From an uncultured Gammaproteobacteria bacterium (GTDB lineage Bacteria > Patescibacteriota > Microgenomatia > UBA12405), in assembly GCA_964556795.1 (NCBI GenBank), contig CAZKWZ010000001.1:50912-91748 (forward strand): DNA of 40,837 bases, written 5' to 3'. The notes under the pieces are model-generated. The model saw nothing but the letters and a program-made list of their open reading frames with translations, had not been told where the DNA came from and ran no database searches. The position numbers and the translations under genes were made by a program. Shown here one piece after another: positions 8,831 through 19,014 of the stretch. The stretch's first letter is position 1. The number at the start of each line of letters is the position of its first letter.

Positions 8831-10224
8831 AGTTGAGGCTTTTTTAAATGGAATTCAGTTGAGTCTTCAAATAATTTGGCAATTTGATAAACCAAATCTT
8901 CGCGGCGTTGAGGGGCAATAATTTGAAGGCCAACGGGCAGACCAATTTTGTCAAATCCGCAAGGAATAGAAATACCCGGTAAACCGGCAATACTTGATGG
9001 CTCTACCAGCATATCCTGAAGTTCACCAAACATGGATTGGCCTTCGGAGGCACCAAGTTTTAGAGCAGTAGTTGGGGAAACCGGACCAATAATGGCGTCG
9101 ACTTTTTCGAACTGATGATCAAAGTCACGACAAATTAACGTCCTGACTTTTTGGGCTTTCAAATAATAGGCGTCGTAGTAGCCAGCAGAAAGTGAATAAG
9201 TTCCAAGCATAATTCGGCGTTTGGCTTCACTACCAAAAAAACTTCGGTCATGACCATAGCGAACACCGTCAAAACGGGCTAAATTACTGGAAACTTCCGA
9301 GCGCTGCAAAATAGTATAAACAGCAATGGAATATTTCGGATCCAAAACATCGGTTAGCTCGATAACTTCAGCACCTATTTTTTTTAAAGTCTCAACGGCA
9401 GCCAAAATTGAAGCTTTTACCTCGGGTTGAGTTTGAGAGGGAAAATAACAACTAGGGAGACCAATTTTTAGACCTTTAAGATTTTGTCTTGGTTCCGGCT
9501 TTTTCCATGGTTCTTCGTCTATGGAAGTAGCATCGTGAGGGTCGGACCCAGACATAATTTCCAGTAAGTCAGCAGCATCATCGACAGTTTTACAAATCGG
9601 ACCCGGAGAGTCAGTACTGGATTTCATGGCAATAACTCCATAACGGGAAACACGACCATAAGTAGGTTTAAAACCAACTACCCCACACCAAGAAGCTGGC
9701 TGACGAATTGAACCAGCAGTTTCAGAGCCAATAGAAACAATAGCCTCATCAGCAGCAATAGCAGCGGCTGAACCACCACTAGAACCACCAGGGAGATGTT
9801 CTGGATTCCAAGGGTTTAAACTAGGACCATAGTCAGAGGTTTCCGTACTGGAACCATGAGCCCAAGCATCCATATTGGTCTTACCAATAATAATGGCACC
9901 GGCTTTTTTCAGTTTTTCAATAGAAGTGGCATCATATTGGGCAATATAATTGTCCAACACCTTTGAAGAAGCAGTAGTTCGAATCCCGGTGGTTAAGTAG
10001 TTATCTTTGACGGCAATGGGAATACCGCCAAGGGGCAAAGAAATATCGGCAGTTTTGGCAAGTTCCAGTGCTTTTTTGCCGGTAGTGGTAACAAAACAAT
10101 TTAATTTTTTATCAACGCTTTCGATTCTATTAAGACAGGATTGGACTAAATCAACGGAAGTAATTTTTTTTGTTTTTAAAGCTTCACGAGCTTCTTTGAG
10201 AGTTAATTTAAATAAGTCAGTCAT
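8827..10224 (-). CDS. gatA: Asp/Glu-tRNA amidotransferase subunit A (amidase signature family)
   Basis: 465 aa. Amidase signature GGSSGGSAAAIA and GSETAGSIRQPAS, catalytic Lys context IAVKDN. Confidence 0.93.
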   Translation of the reverse strand: MTDLFKLTLKEAREALKTKKITSVDLVQSCLNRIESVDKKLNCFVTTTGKKALELAKTADISLPLGGIPIAVKDNYLTTGIRTTASSKVLDNYIAQYDATSIEKLKKAGAIIIGKTNMDAWAHGSSTETSDYGPSLNPWNPEHLPGGSSGGSAAAIAADEAIVSIGSETAGSIRQPASWCGVVGFKPTYGRVSRYGVIAMKSSTDSPGPICKTVDDAADLLEIMSGSDPHDATSIDEEPWKKPEPRQNLKGLKIGLPSCYFPSQTQPEVKASILAAVETLKKIGAEVIELTDVLDPKYSIAVYTILQRSEVSSNLARFDGVRYGHDRSFFGSEAKRRIMLGTYSLSAGYYDAYYLKAQKVRTLICRDFDHQFEKVDAIIGPVSPTTALKLGASEGQSMFGELQDMLVEPSSIAGLPGISIPCGFDKIGLPVGLQIIAPQRREDLVYQIAKLFEDSTEFHLKKPQL

Positions 10225-10226
10225 AA

Positions 10227-10523
10227 TTATTTTTTAATGGTGGCAGCAGTTTTAAAATAAGAGTTACTAGTATTTTCTGCCTGAGACAAGGCTAATTCTT
10301 GAGGTAATGATGGTAAAACAACGTCATCACGTAAAACATTATTTTTATGGTTTACCTGGTAAGTTGGAGGAACATCATCAGTATTTAATTCTTTTAGAAC
10401 TTCGACATATTGAGCGGCATCGGCCAACTGAGGTTGGATATAATTTTCTTCTGGTTTAATTTCTAGACGAGAAAGCTTGGCGGTATGTTGAAAAACAGTG
10501 TCACTAATTAAGTTGTCAGCCAT
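10227..10523 (-). CDS. gatC: Asp/Glu-tRNA amidotransferase subunit C
   Basis: 98-aa ORF 2 nt upstream of gatA. HTAKLSRLEI ... LRDDVV pattern typical of GatC. Confidence 0.8.
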   Translation of the reverse strand: MADNLISDTVFQHTAKLSRLEIKPEENYIQPQLADAAQYVEVLKELNTDDVPPTYQVNHKNNVLRDDVVLPSLPQELALSQAENTSNSYFKTAATIKK

Positions 10524-10544
10524 AGTTTATTTTATAACTATTTA

Positions 10545-10576
10545 ATAAAAAATCCCGTCTGATTAATTACGGGATG
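10545..10576 (-). terminator. intrinsic-terminator-like hairpin between the femX-like gene and gatC
   Basis: Perfect 7-bp inverted repeat atcccgt (10552..10558) / acgggat (10569..10575) with a 10-nt loop. On the minus strand it reads ...ACGGGAUUUUUUAUU. Confidence 0.55.
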
Positions 10577-10651
10577 CTTTTGTTTTCAATAACCACAAAA
10601 GCCCCCTAGCGGGCATTATTTTGTTGGTTATTAGTAGAAAACATTGAGGAG

Positions 10652-10660
10652 ATTATAGCA
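10652..10660 (-). promoter_or_regulatory. extended -10-like element TGcTATAAT
   Basis: The reverse complement of 10652..10660 is TGCTATAAT, 7 nt downstream of the femX-like stop codon. No good -35 is present. AT-rich DNA makes chance matches likely. Confidence 0.3.
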
Positions 10661-10666
10661 AAATTT

Positions 10667-11710
10667 TTAATGACGAAAGAGAGATGCTTTGAGACGAAGT
10701 AATTTCCAACGGTACCGGTCAACCAGGTTATAAAGATTATAAAGTTTAGGGTTAATGATTAAATCATATGTGCCAACAAATTGAACTAAATTACCACCAT
10801 AACCCTGTTTAAAACGATGAAAGCCAAAGCCCTGCTGACTAGCATTGGCGTCCGGACCAAGACAACCCCACATATCAAAAGTTTTTAATCCTAATGTTTG
10901 ACCATATTTAATTGCCTCCCACATCAATAAGGTTGGGGCCATAACTTCACGGTGAAGATCAAGGGAAGCACCATAGGGATAAAAAAGACGATCTTTTAAT
11001 TTGAAAACCATAAAGGCAGCTAAGACCTGACCTTGATAGGAGGCGAGAAATATCTCAGCCATGCCGGTGGATTTAAGTATTGACCATTGCTGACGATGAT
11101 AATCCTCCGAATGTAAATAAAAACCCTGTCTTTTGGTGGTATCAAAAAGAAGTTTTAAATAGATTTCAAAATCTTCATCTTTGGTGGAGTGGGTAATCTG
11201 AACTCCGTGACGGTTGGCAATTTTAATGTTGTATCGGGTTTTTTGAGACATTTCGGCTAACAGCTCATCTTCACTTTTTCTTAGATCAACAATAAAAGTG
11301 TGGGGATAAAAGGCAACTTTGGGAGAGGAAACTAATCCAGGATATTTTAAAACAACACTTCGATTTTTAATTAGTTGGTATTTGTTGTCATAAATTTTTT
11401 CAATATCGTCCGGCTCAAATTTTACAAAAATAGCATTTTCTTTTTCGGCTATTTTTCTAATATTTTCTATCATGTCTTTATCAATAGCCGGACCACGGAG
11501 CAAAGTACCAATAGAAAAATTTGTATGGGGAATACGATGAAAAGAAATCATATAAACCGAAACCATTTTGTTTTGATCAAAGACACCAAGACGATATACC
11601 TTGTGACCCTGAGATTCCTGAAAATCACCCCATTCCCAGGTTTGAACCGGATGAGAGACAACTTTTTGGTAAATACTTTTTTCTTCGTTGTATAAAATAC
11701 GGGTAATCAT
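10667..11710 (-). CDS. FemAB/FemX-family aminoacyl-tRNA-dependent peptidoglycan peptide-bridge transferase
   Basis: 347 aa. N-terminal ...QTWEWGDFQ..., overall length and C-terminal FHRFKQGYGG segment are typical of the FemABX/MurM family. Confidence 0.8.
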   Translation of the reverse strand: MITRILYNEEKSIYQKVVSHPVQTWEWGDFQESQGHKVYRLGVFDQNKMVSVYMISFHRIPHTNFSIGTLLRGPAIDKDMIENIRKIAEKENAIFVKFEPDDIEKIYDNKYQLIKNRSVVLKYPGLVSSPKVAFYPHTFIVDLRKSEDELLAEMSQKTRYNIKIANRHGVQITHSTKDEDFEIYLKLLFDTTKRQGFYLHSEDYHRQQWSILKSTGMAEIFLASYQGQVLAAFMVFKLKDRLFYPYGASLDLHREVMAPTLLMWEAIKYGQTLGLKTFDMWGCLGPDANASQQGFGFHRFKQGYGGNLVQFVGTYDLIINPKLYNLYNLVDRYRWKLLRLKASLFRH

Positions 11711-12354
11711 AATCGGTGATTTAGCATATCATTAAATCTTTTATAAGTTGGTTTGAAAGTGTAAATTTCGCAGAAAAGTTTTTCAAATTTTTTTGAATTA
11801 TTTGCTTCGCTAAGTCTTTTTATCAATTCTAATATTTTTTCTTTTCCGTATTGTTCAGTCAATAATTTAACAGCATATCCTGACTCATGATATACATTTC
11901 CTTTATCATCACCATGACTATCAAAATATCTTAAAAAATCAGTAAATTTTTTGGGAATAGGATGATTTTTCCAACCACCCGAAACATATTCAGCCACTCC
12001 TTCCCAAAGCCAGGTTGGTCTATTGAAATCTTTTGACAAAACCATGGTATAGCAGTGAACGAGCTCGTGCCTAATGGTAGTTTTATAGTAATTATCAGAG
12101 TAGGTATGACTGGAATCCGTAGAATATTTTTTACCATCTAAAATGCAAACATTGTGATGGGAAACCCAGCCAATAACCCAATCCAAGGTTGGACTGCCGT
12201 TGTATTTGTTCATGGTTTGGCGACTATCCATAACAAATATTTTTGGCTTATTTTTAATCCATTTAAACTCAAAAAATTTATTGAGACCTTTGATAGATTT
12301 TTTGTACTCAGTATCAATTAATTTGTCGGGGTAATAGGAAAGTTTAAAAGGCAT
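11707..12354 (-). CDS. MA-clan zinc metallopeptidase-like protein (peptidase_MA_2-like)
   Basis: HExxH in IRHELVHCY, plus the downstream third-ligand motif WLWEGVAEYVSGG (EGxAEY). ATGA overlap with the femX-like gene. Confidence 0.7.
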   Translation of the reverse strand: MPFKLSYYPDKLIDTEYKKSIKGLNKFFEFKWIKNKPKIFVMDSRQTMNKYNGSPTLDWVIGWVSHHNVCILDGKKYSTDSSHTYSDNYYKTTIRHELVHCYTMVLSKDFNRPTWLWEGVAEYVSGGWKNHPIPKKFTDFLRYFDSHGDDKGNVYHESGYAVKLLTEQYGKEKILELIKRLSEANNSKKFEKLFCEIYTFKPTYKRFNDMLNHRL

Positions 12355-12368
12355 GATTTATTTTACTA

Positions 12369-14267
12369 TTAGTATATATCAGGGTCGTAGACTAAATCGG
12401 AATTAGAATCATCTTTGGTAAAACGATGTTGATGACGATAGTCATGAGTGACTTCGGTAGAACTTTCATACTCGAGTAAGTCTTTGGGAATGTCGTACAA
12501 GAAACGAGAGGCTTCATTGAGAGATGATTTACCGAAAAATAAGCGCCGTGAAGCATAGGTTATGTAAAGTAATTCTTTGGCTCGAGTAATACCAACATAA
12601 CAAAGACGACGCTCCTCCTCGATATCGGCATCTTCAATCATGGAGCGGGAATGAGGCAAAATCCCCTCTTCAAAACCAACTAGAAAAACAGCATCGAACT
12701 CCAAACCCTTGCTACTATGCAAAGTCATCAACCTAACACCATCACGATTTTCTTTTTTCTTATTTTTTTCCTGAAGAGAATATTCTTGTTGGACGAGAGC
12801 AATATTTTCCAAAAAATCATTTAGTTTAGGATAAGTGGCGGCGACTGATTTTAATTCTTTGATGTTTTCAATTTTTCGCTGATCGTCTTCTTCTTGGGGA
12901 TTAAATTTTCCAAGGTAACCAGAATTAATTACCAGTGATTCCAGTATTTGGAGGGAAGTTAATTTTTTAATATTTAAATTAGAAAGATGTTCGTCGAAGG
13001 TAATTTTTCGGCGTTTACCAAGAGCTTTTTCAATCCTAGCAGTGGAAAGGGCGTCGACAGGATTAGCAGCAACCCGAAGCATGGCGACGATGTCTTTGAT
13101 TTCAGCTCGGTCATAAAAACGGAGACCACCGATTAAAACATAGGGAATGGAATTTTTTAGAAATGATTCTTCAATGGCCCGAGATTGGGCATTCATACGA
13201 TATAAAACAGCAATATCTTTAAAGGCAAAATGAAGTTGGTGATGAAGTCCGTTTATTTTTTCTGATAAATATTCGGCCTCGGAAATTTCAGAGTCGGACT
13301 CGTAAACTTTTATTTTGGCGGGACTTTTTTTAGTGGTAAAAAGTTTAAGGACTGGATGGCTAGTGTTTTTGGAAATGACCGAATTAGCGGCTTCTAAAAT
13401 ATTTTCTGTAGAACGATAATTTTGTTCCAGATTGATAACCGTGGCATCAGCAAAGTCAATTGTAAAAGCAGAGAGGTTTTTGTAATCAGCCCCACGCCAA
13501 CCATAAATTGATTGAGAAGCATCACCAACGGCAGTAATTTGACGATATTTGGCGGCTAATAATTTGGTTAATAAATATTGAATTTGATTGGTATCTTGAT
13601 ATTCATCAACAAGAATATAATGGTATTTTTGGTGAAATTTATCTAGGACTTCGGGAAATTGTTGAAATAGCTCAACAGTTTTAAAAAGTAAGTCATTAAA
13701 ATCCAGGGCCTGATATTGGAGGAGACGAACCTGATATTTAGTGTAGATTTTGGCAACCATTGCTTCCCAAAATCCATGAGCAGTAGCTTGAATCATAGCC
13801 GGAGTAAGAAAAGAATTTTTGGCAGATTCAATAGTGTACAAGACTGAAGAAGGTTTGAATTCCTTTGTAGTCAGACCCATTTCAAAGAGAATAGAACGAA
13901 CTAGATTTTCCTGATCGTCACTATCGTAAATAACAAAATCTGAAGAAACACCAATATTTTTGCCATAAATTCTCAGGGTTCTACAGCCAAAAGAATGAAA
14001 GGTGCCGGCAAATAAATCATCCGCCTTTTGATTATTAAGAATTTTCACCATTCTGTCTTTCATCTCTCCAGCAGCCTTGTTGGTAAAGGTTAGGAGAAGA
14101 ATTTCCCCAGGTCTAGCCAATTTTTCTTGAACAAAATAGGCAGCTCGATGAGTCAAAACACGGGTTTTTCCTGATCCGGCGCCAGCTAGAATCAGAAGAG
14201 GAGTCCCCTGGTGAATCACAGCGGCTTTTTGATTGGAATTTAATCCGGAAAGAATATCGGAGGACAT
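12369..14267 (-). CDS. pcrA: ATP-dependent DNA helicase, UvrD/PcrA family
   Basis: 632 aa. GAGSGKT, VDEYQDTN, NYRS, LHSSKGLEFDAVF, YVGITRAK. Confidence 0.9.
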   Translation of the reverse strand: MSSDILSGLNSNQKAAVIHQGTPLLILAGAGSGKTRVLTHRAAYFVQEKLARPGEILLLTFTNKAAGEMKDRMVKILNNQKADDLFAGTFHSFGCRTLRIYGKNIGVSSDFVIYDSDDQENLVRSILFEMGLTTKEFKPSSVLYTIESAKNSFLTPAMIQATAHGFWEAMVAKIYTKYQVRLLQYQALDFNDLLFKTVELFQQFPEVLDKFHQKYHYILVDEYQDTNQIQYLLTKLLAAKYRQITAVGDASQSIYGWRGADYKNLSAFTIDFADATVINLEQNYRSTENILEAANSVISKNTSHPVLKLFTTKKSPAKIKVYESDSEISEAEYLSEKINGLHHQLHFAFKDIAVLYRMNAQSRAIEESFLKNSIPYVLIGGLRFYDRAEIKDIVAMLRVAANPVDALSTARIEKALGKRRKITFDEHLSNLNIKKLTSLQILESLVINSGYLGKFNPQEEDDQRKIENIKELKSVAATYPKLNDFLENIALVQQEYSLQEKNKKKENRDGVRLMTLHSSKGLEFDAVFLVGFEEGILPHSRSMIEDADIEEERRLCYVGITRAKELLYITYASRRLFFGKSSLNEASRFLYDIPKDLLEYESSTEVTHDYRHQHRFTKDDSNSDLVYDPDIY

Positions 14268-14295
14268 GAATTAGATTATGGCATTAAAAAAATAC

Positions 14296-16311
14296 TTAAG
14301 GTAGTTGATAGATTTGAGTCCGACCGGATTGAAAAACTGATTTGGCGCCAAGAAGCTCAAAATTTTGAAGATTAATAGTGGCATATTTTTCATATTCCTT
14401 GTCACCGACAACAATATATTTGACTTGATATTTATCTAAAATGGATTTTATTTGATTAAGATCTGAGGACTGATAGATTTCATTGACTTCGTTTTGACGG
14501 GCGGCAGGGCCGTCATAACCACCACGCCACAACCATTCGTGAACTAGCCACCCCTCAATGGTTGGTAGACCTGTGGCCATGGAAACTTGATTAAAGGTAG
14601 TATAGCTATCACCTGGGGCTTCGACGATGTGAGGTTGACCGGTAACATTTTGATTTAGCCAATTGATGGCTAAAAGATTATTGGGGTTAGCCGTTTGAAG
14701 AAACTCTAAACCCCAAAGTCCATGATAGTTTTTCAGACCGCCATAGTATGATCTGACGGCGAAATAGGGATAGGACAGGTGAATAATAAAGATAATAGTA
14801 AATAGGAGTCGATATAGAAAATAACGTCGAAGACGGATAAAAATATAACCGGAAATTAACGAATACATAATAAAGGCCTGATAGACTAACTTAAACATCG
14901 TATTGGCACGACGATACTCTTCAACATAAATATCCTTGATATACATAATTTCCGGTATTAGGATTAAAAGAGTTGCAGTGAGAAAAAGAGCAATGACAAA
15001 ATAATCAGTCGCCAACAATTTTTTCTTTTTTAAATTTTTTAAGAAAAAATAAATAAAGGGTAAAGAAATTAGCCAAAAACCACCATAGAGAATAAAGAGT
15101 TGATAAAAAGGGCTATGAGCATCGGCAATCCTTAGGCCTTCTGCCATGGGAATAAAATGAAGCGAAAAGGGAAGGGTAAATAAGAACCAGGAGGCAATAG
15201 TTAAAATACCGGAAAATATTGTCTGCCAAAAATTTTTGGTTAAGAGCAGCGAGCTGAGGCCAAAAAGAAGGCCATAAACAGCAAAATCCCAAGCATTGGT
15301 CATGAAAGCCATAGAAAGTAAAAACCCGGCGGGGAAAAAAAAGAAAGTTGTCAATCCAGAGCTAGAAGTCAAACCAACAAAGAGAAAAGCAATAAAGAAA
15401 ATAACTAGAGGAATGTCATTCATGTGACCATGAAGATCCGAGACAACAAAACTATAAATGGGAAATTCATGAATAGTTTTATCCTTGGTGTCGGGATCAA
15501 AACCAATAAAACGAGTAGCATCCGGATACCAATAAGTTGATATGGCTTGTGACAAAGTCATCTGTTTTTCAATCATATTACTTCTGACTTTGTAGGCAGT
15601 ATGCAGATTTCCCCCAAAGGTTAATAGGAGTGCAGAAAGAAGAGCACCAAATACATAGAGTCTAAATGCTGGTTTTTTTAGTGAACTGTAAATTAAATTA
15701 GAAACCAGAGAAAAGGCAGAGGTAAAAGTCAGAGCACAAACAGTGGCAATTGATAGGTTATAAGTAATAGCTGAATTAATTCCGGAAATTTTAGTTAAAA
15801 AAGCAAATACAAAGTGGCCAAAATAGTAATAGTTTATTGATTGGCCGGCGTACCACATGTCCGCGGGAGGAAAGTAGCGACTCCTAAGAACAGAGTTGAT
15901 AAAACCCCAGTCCATAAATTTTTCTAAGCCTTCAATATCTGGAGAGAAACCACGAATATAAGACCAAAAAATTAAAATTAAAAGAAAAATTATTTCCTCA
16001 GAAAGAAAGGTTTTCCAATGTTTGGTGAGGGCATTTTTAAAGTAACTTTTATTCTTTTTTATTAAATAAAAATTAATTAAAGCAAAAAGAGCAATTATTA
16101 GATAGATAAAGGGGGTGGTGAACGGAGTAAGATGAAAAATCCCTGAGACTAATAGAAGATAGCTAATAACAAAAAGAGATAAGGTTTTAGAAAAAATATA
16201 ACCTTTATCCCAAAATTTTTTAAAAATAAGAAAAACTAATGGCAAAGATAATGAAGACAGAAAAAAAATACTGGACCACCAAATAAAAATATATTTAAAA
16301 TCAGCAAACAT
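14296..16311 (-). CDS. DUF2298 / Chlor_Arch_YYY-type polytopic membrane protein (predicted GT-C-like glycosyltransferase)
   Basis: 671 aa and highly hydrophobic. NYYYFGH matches the YYYxG motif that names the family. EKFMDWGFINSVLRS loop. C-terminal soluble domain. Confidence 0.8.
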   Translation of the reverse strand: MFADFKYIFIWWSSIFFLSSLSLPLVFLIFKKFWDKGYIFSKTLSLFVISYLLLVSGIFHLTPFTTPFIYLIIALFALINFYLIKKNKSYFKNALTKHWKTFLSEEIIFLLILIFWSYIRGFSPDIEGLEKFMDWGFINSVLRSRYFPPADMWYAGQSINYYYFGHFVFAFLTKISGINSAITYNLSIATVCALTFTSAFSLVSNLIYSSLKKPAFRLYVFGALLSALLLTFGGNLHTAYKVRSNMIEKQMTLSQAISTYWYPDATRFIGFDPDTKDKTIHEFPIYSFVVSDLHGHMNDIPLVIFFIAFLFVGLTSSSGLTTFFFFPAGFLLSMAFMTNAWDFAVYGLLFGLSSLLLTKNFWQTIFSGILTIASWFLFTLPFSLHFIPMAEGLRIADAHSPFYQLFILYGGFWLISLPFIYFFLKNLKKKKLLATDYFVIALFLTATLLILIPEIMYIKDIYVEEYRRANTMFKLVYQAFIMYSLISGYIFIRLRRYFLYRLLFTIIFIIHLSYPYFAVRSYYGGLKNYHGLWGLEFLQTANPNNLLAINWLNQNVTGQPHIVEAPGDSYTTFNQVSMATGLPTIEGWLVHEWLWRGGYDGPAARQNEVNEIYQSSDLNQIKSILDKYQVKYIVVGDKEYEKYATINLQNFELLGAKSVFQSGRTQIYQLP

Positions 16312-16314
16312 ATT

Positions 16315-16884
16315 TTATTTTACAAGGAAAATTATATTAAAAATAACTTGAAGAAAATTATCTATTGGTAGAGAAATATTTAGGGTATGAATAGGTAACC
16401 AAATTATATATCCAATAATAGCGCCGCCTAAAATATCGGCCGGATAATGAAAACCAACCAAGACCCGAAAAGCCAATAGGGATAAGCAAATTACCAAAAA
16501 AAATGGCATGGAAAAAACTGGAAATTGTAGTAGAAAAAGAAAAAAGATAGCGGCTTTTATGGTGTGGCCAGAAGGAAAAGCACCAGAACGATACCACTTG
16601 TCAACTAAACCCGGTGGAGTGACATCGTGTCGTAAAAACATGGGACGACGCCAAAATATTTTTTTCTTGATTAATCTTTCAATAAGCTCAGCAAAAAATG
16701 TAGCTAAAAATAACTGCCAAAAAAGAGAAAATTGATTTTTTATGAGCAAGTAAGAGAGATAAAAAAAGAAAATCCAAATGGCATAATTTAAGACAACTAA
16801 AATTTTTTGACCTAAATCCGATGAAGACATGAGTCGAAGATAATCAGTTTTTGGCTGCCAAAAAAGGTAAGATTTTTTATTCAT
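16315..16884 (-). CDS. PAP2-family lipid phosphate phosphatase
   Basis: PAP2 motifs KKKIFWRRP (Kx6RP), FPSGHT (PSGH) and HYPADILGG (H-x3-D). I prefer the ATG at 16884 (8-nt overlap with the epimerase stop) over the longest ORF start at 16935. Confidence 0.8.
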   Translation of the reverse strand: MNKKSYLFWQPKTDYLRLMSSSDLGQKILVVLNYAIWIFFFYLSYLLIKNQFSLFWQLFLATFFAELIERLIKKKIFWRRPMFLRHDVTPPGLVDKWYRSGAFPSGHTIKAAIFFLFLLQFPVFSMPFFLVICLSLLAFRVLVGFHYPADILGGAIIGYIIWLPIHTLNISLPIDNFLQVIFNIIFLVK

Positions 16885-17896
16885 GAAAGAGAGATAAATT
16901 GTCCTTGACCCAAAGGTATAAGTTTTTAATACCATTTTCTAAATTTATTTTTGGTTCCCAAGAAAAAGTTTTTTTGGCTTTATTAATGTCACTAACATAA
17001 ATTTTTTGATCACCAGGTCTGGCTGGTAAAAACGGAGGATTAAAGGTAATTCCCATGAGTTTTTCTAATTCTTTTTTGAAATCGAAATAGATTGACATGG
17101 TGTTTTGAGGACCACCACCAATATTAAAAACCTGACCACGAGTAACCTGAATATTGTCAGCAGCCATTTGGTAGGCGCAGACTAAATCATCGACATACAA
17201 AATATCACGAACCTGTTTACCATCACCATAAACAGTTATATCTTTACCCGTAAGAATGGCAATAATAAACCAAGCTACCCAGCCCTGATCTTCAACTCCA
17301 AATTGATGTGGGCCATAAATACATGACTGACGAAAGACAATAGTATTTAAATCGTAAATTCGGCTATAGTCTCGAACATATTGATCACCACAACCTTTGC
17401 TACAACCATAGGGAGAATGAAAATCCAGAGGATAATTTTCATCTATACCGGAAAAATCCCGATAGGCGTACCGATTTTCTGATTCGGTCAAGGGGACGTT
17501 TTCCATGCCCCCATAAACCTTATTAGTAGAAGCAAATATTAATGTTGCCTGAGGATTAAAGAGACGAAGGGCTTCAAGAACATTAAAAGTTCCTAGAGCA
17601 TTGACCTCAAAGTCATGACGTGGATTAACCACAGAGGTAGTAACAGCAACCTGGGCGGCTAAATGATAAATCCTGTCAACAGATTTGACAGCATTGTTTA
17701 AAACGTCTAAATCGTTGGTAATATCTGCTTTTATGAATTCTAAGTTGGGATATTTAGAACGTAACCATTCAAGATTTTTAATACTACCGGAGCGGGATAA
17801 GTTATCAAGAATAGTGACTGAATCACCTGAATCAAGTAAGGTATTTGCTAAATTAGAGCCAATAAATCCAGCCCCACCTATGACAAGATGTTTCAT
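16877..17896 (-). CDS. extended SDR, NAD-dependent sugar epimerase (CDP-paratose 2-epimerase-like)
   Basis: GGAGFIGSN Rossmann motif, DNLSRSGS, STNKVYG, LDFHSPYGCSKGCGDQY (YxxxK), DQGWVAWF, GDGKQVRD, FNIGGG. This motif set matches my memory of RfbE-type 2-epimerases. Confidence 0.85.
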   Translation of the reverse strand: MKHLVIGGAGFIGSNLANTLLDSGDSVTILDNLSRSGSIKNLEWLRSKYPNLEFIKADITNDLDVLNNAVKSVDRIYHLAAQVAVTTSVVNPRHDFEVNALGTFNVLEALRLFNPQATLIFASTNKVYGGMENVPLTESENRYAYRDFSGIDENYPLDFHSPYGCSKGCGDQYVRDYSRIYDLNTIVFRQSCIYGPHQFGVEDQGWVAWFIIAILTGKDITVYGDGKQVRDILYVDDLVCAYQMAADNIQVTRGQVFNIGGGPQNTMSIYFDFKKELEKLMGITFNPPFLPARPGDQKIYVSDINKAKKTFSWEPKINLENGIKNLYLWVKDNLSLFHE

Positions 17897-17919
17897 AATG
17901 AGATAATTGTATCAGCTTT

Positions 17920-19014
17920 ATGAAAAGAATCTTGATTGGGGTCACCTATTATTACCCAAACATTTCTGGTGTCAGTGAATACGCAAAAATTTTAGCCGAG
18001 GAGTTGGCTAATTCTAACAAGGTGGAAATAATTTGCGCTCAACACAAAAAGGAACTAAAAAAGGTTGAGAACATAAATGCGGTTAGAGTTGAAAGAATTG
18101 AAGGTTGGCAAATAAGTAAGGGTTTTTTGATGTGGAAATATCCAATAATTAGCTTTAAGGCAGTTAAAAGAAATGTTGTAGTAAATTGTCATTTGCCATC
18201 AATGGAGTCATTTTGGTTGGCATTATGGGGAAAGATTTTAAAAAAGAAAGTGGTTATTACTCATCATTGTGAGTTTACTTATAGCGGTAATTTAAGTAAT
18301 AAAATAATTGCGGTATTATCTTTTCCCAGTCATTTTTTGACCTATCTAATGGCTAATACTATTGTGGCTTATACGGAGGATTATGCCAGACACTCAATGT
18401 TTTTAAAAATTTTTAAGAAGAAAGTTGTCTATATTTTGCCACCGATAAAAATTGAAACTAAGGCTAAAAATTTAGATTTTAGAGAGAAAAAATATAAGAT
18501 TAAAGTAATCGGTTATGTGGGAAGAATTGCCTGGGAAAAGGGTCTAACTTATCTAATTGAAGCAATGAAAAAAATTAATGCTAAATTGATTTTGGCTGGA
18601 CCATACAAAGATGTAGTGGGAGATAAAACTTATGAAACTATTAAAAATAATTTAAGCGAAAAGGTTGAATTACTTGGGCCAATAGCTCATGAAAATTTAG
18701 GTGATTTTTATAAAAAAATTGATTGCTTGGTTTTACCAAGTATCAATAATTTGGAAACTTTTGGAATAGTCCAAGCCGAGGCAATGAAGTGCGGAACTCC
18801 GGTAGTGGCATCAAACCTGCCGGGAGTAAGAGTACCGGTACGACTAACCAAGATGGGAGAAATATGTAGCATTGAGGACTCAGATAATTTAGCAAAAAAG
18901 ATAAATATTGTTTTGAAAAGTGGAAAAAAGTATTATCAAAAAATTGCAGAAAACATAGATTTATTTGATTACAAAAAGACTGTTAAGTCATATGAAAAGG
19001 TATTTGGAAATTAA
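17920..19014 (+). CDS. glycosyltransferase family 4 (GT-B fold)
   Basis: 364 aa. GRIAWEKG and the E-x7-E region FGIVQAEAMKCGTPVVASN. Confidence 0.85.
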   Translation: MKRILIGVTYYYPNISGVSEYAKILAEELANSNKVEIICAQHKKELKKVENINAVRVERIEGWQISKGFLMWKYPIISFKAVKRNVVVNCHLPSMESFWLALWGKILKKKVVITHHCEFTYSGNLSNKIIAVLSFPSHFLTYLMANTIVAYTEDYARHSMFLKIFKKKVVYILPPIKIETKAKNLDFREKKYKIKVIGYVGRIAWEKGLTYLIEAMKKINAKLILAGPYKDVVGDKTYETIKNNLSEKVELLGPIAHENLGDFYKKIDCLVLPSINNLETFGIVQAEAMKCGTPVVASNLPGVRVPVRLTKMGEICSIEDSDNLAKKINIVLKSGKKYYQKIAENIDLFDYKKTVKSYEKVFGN

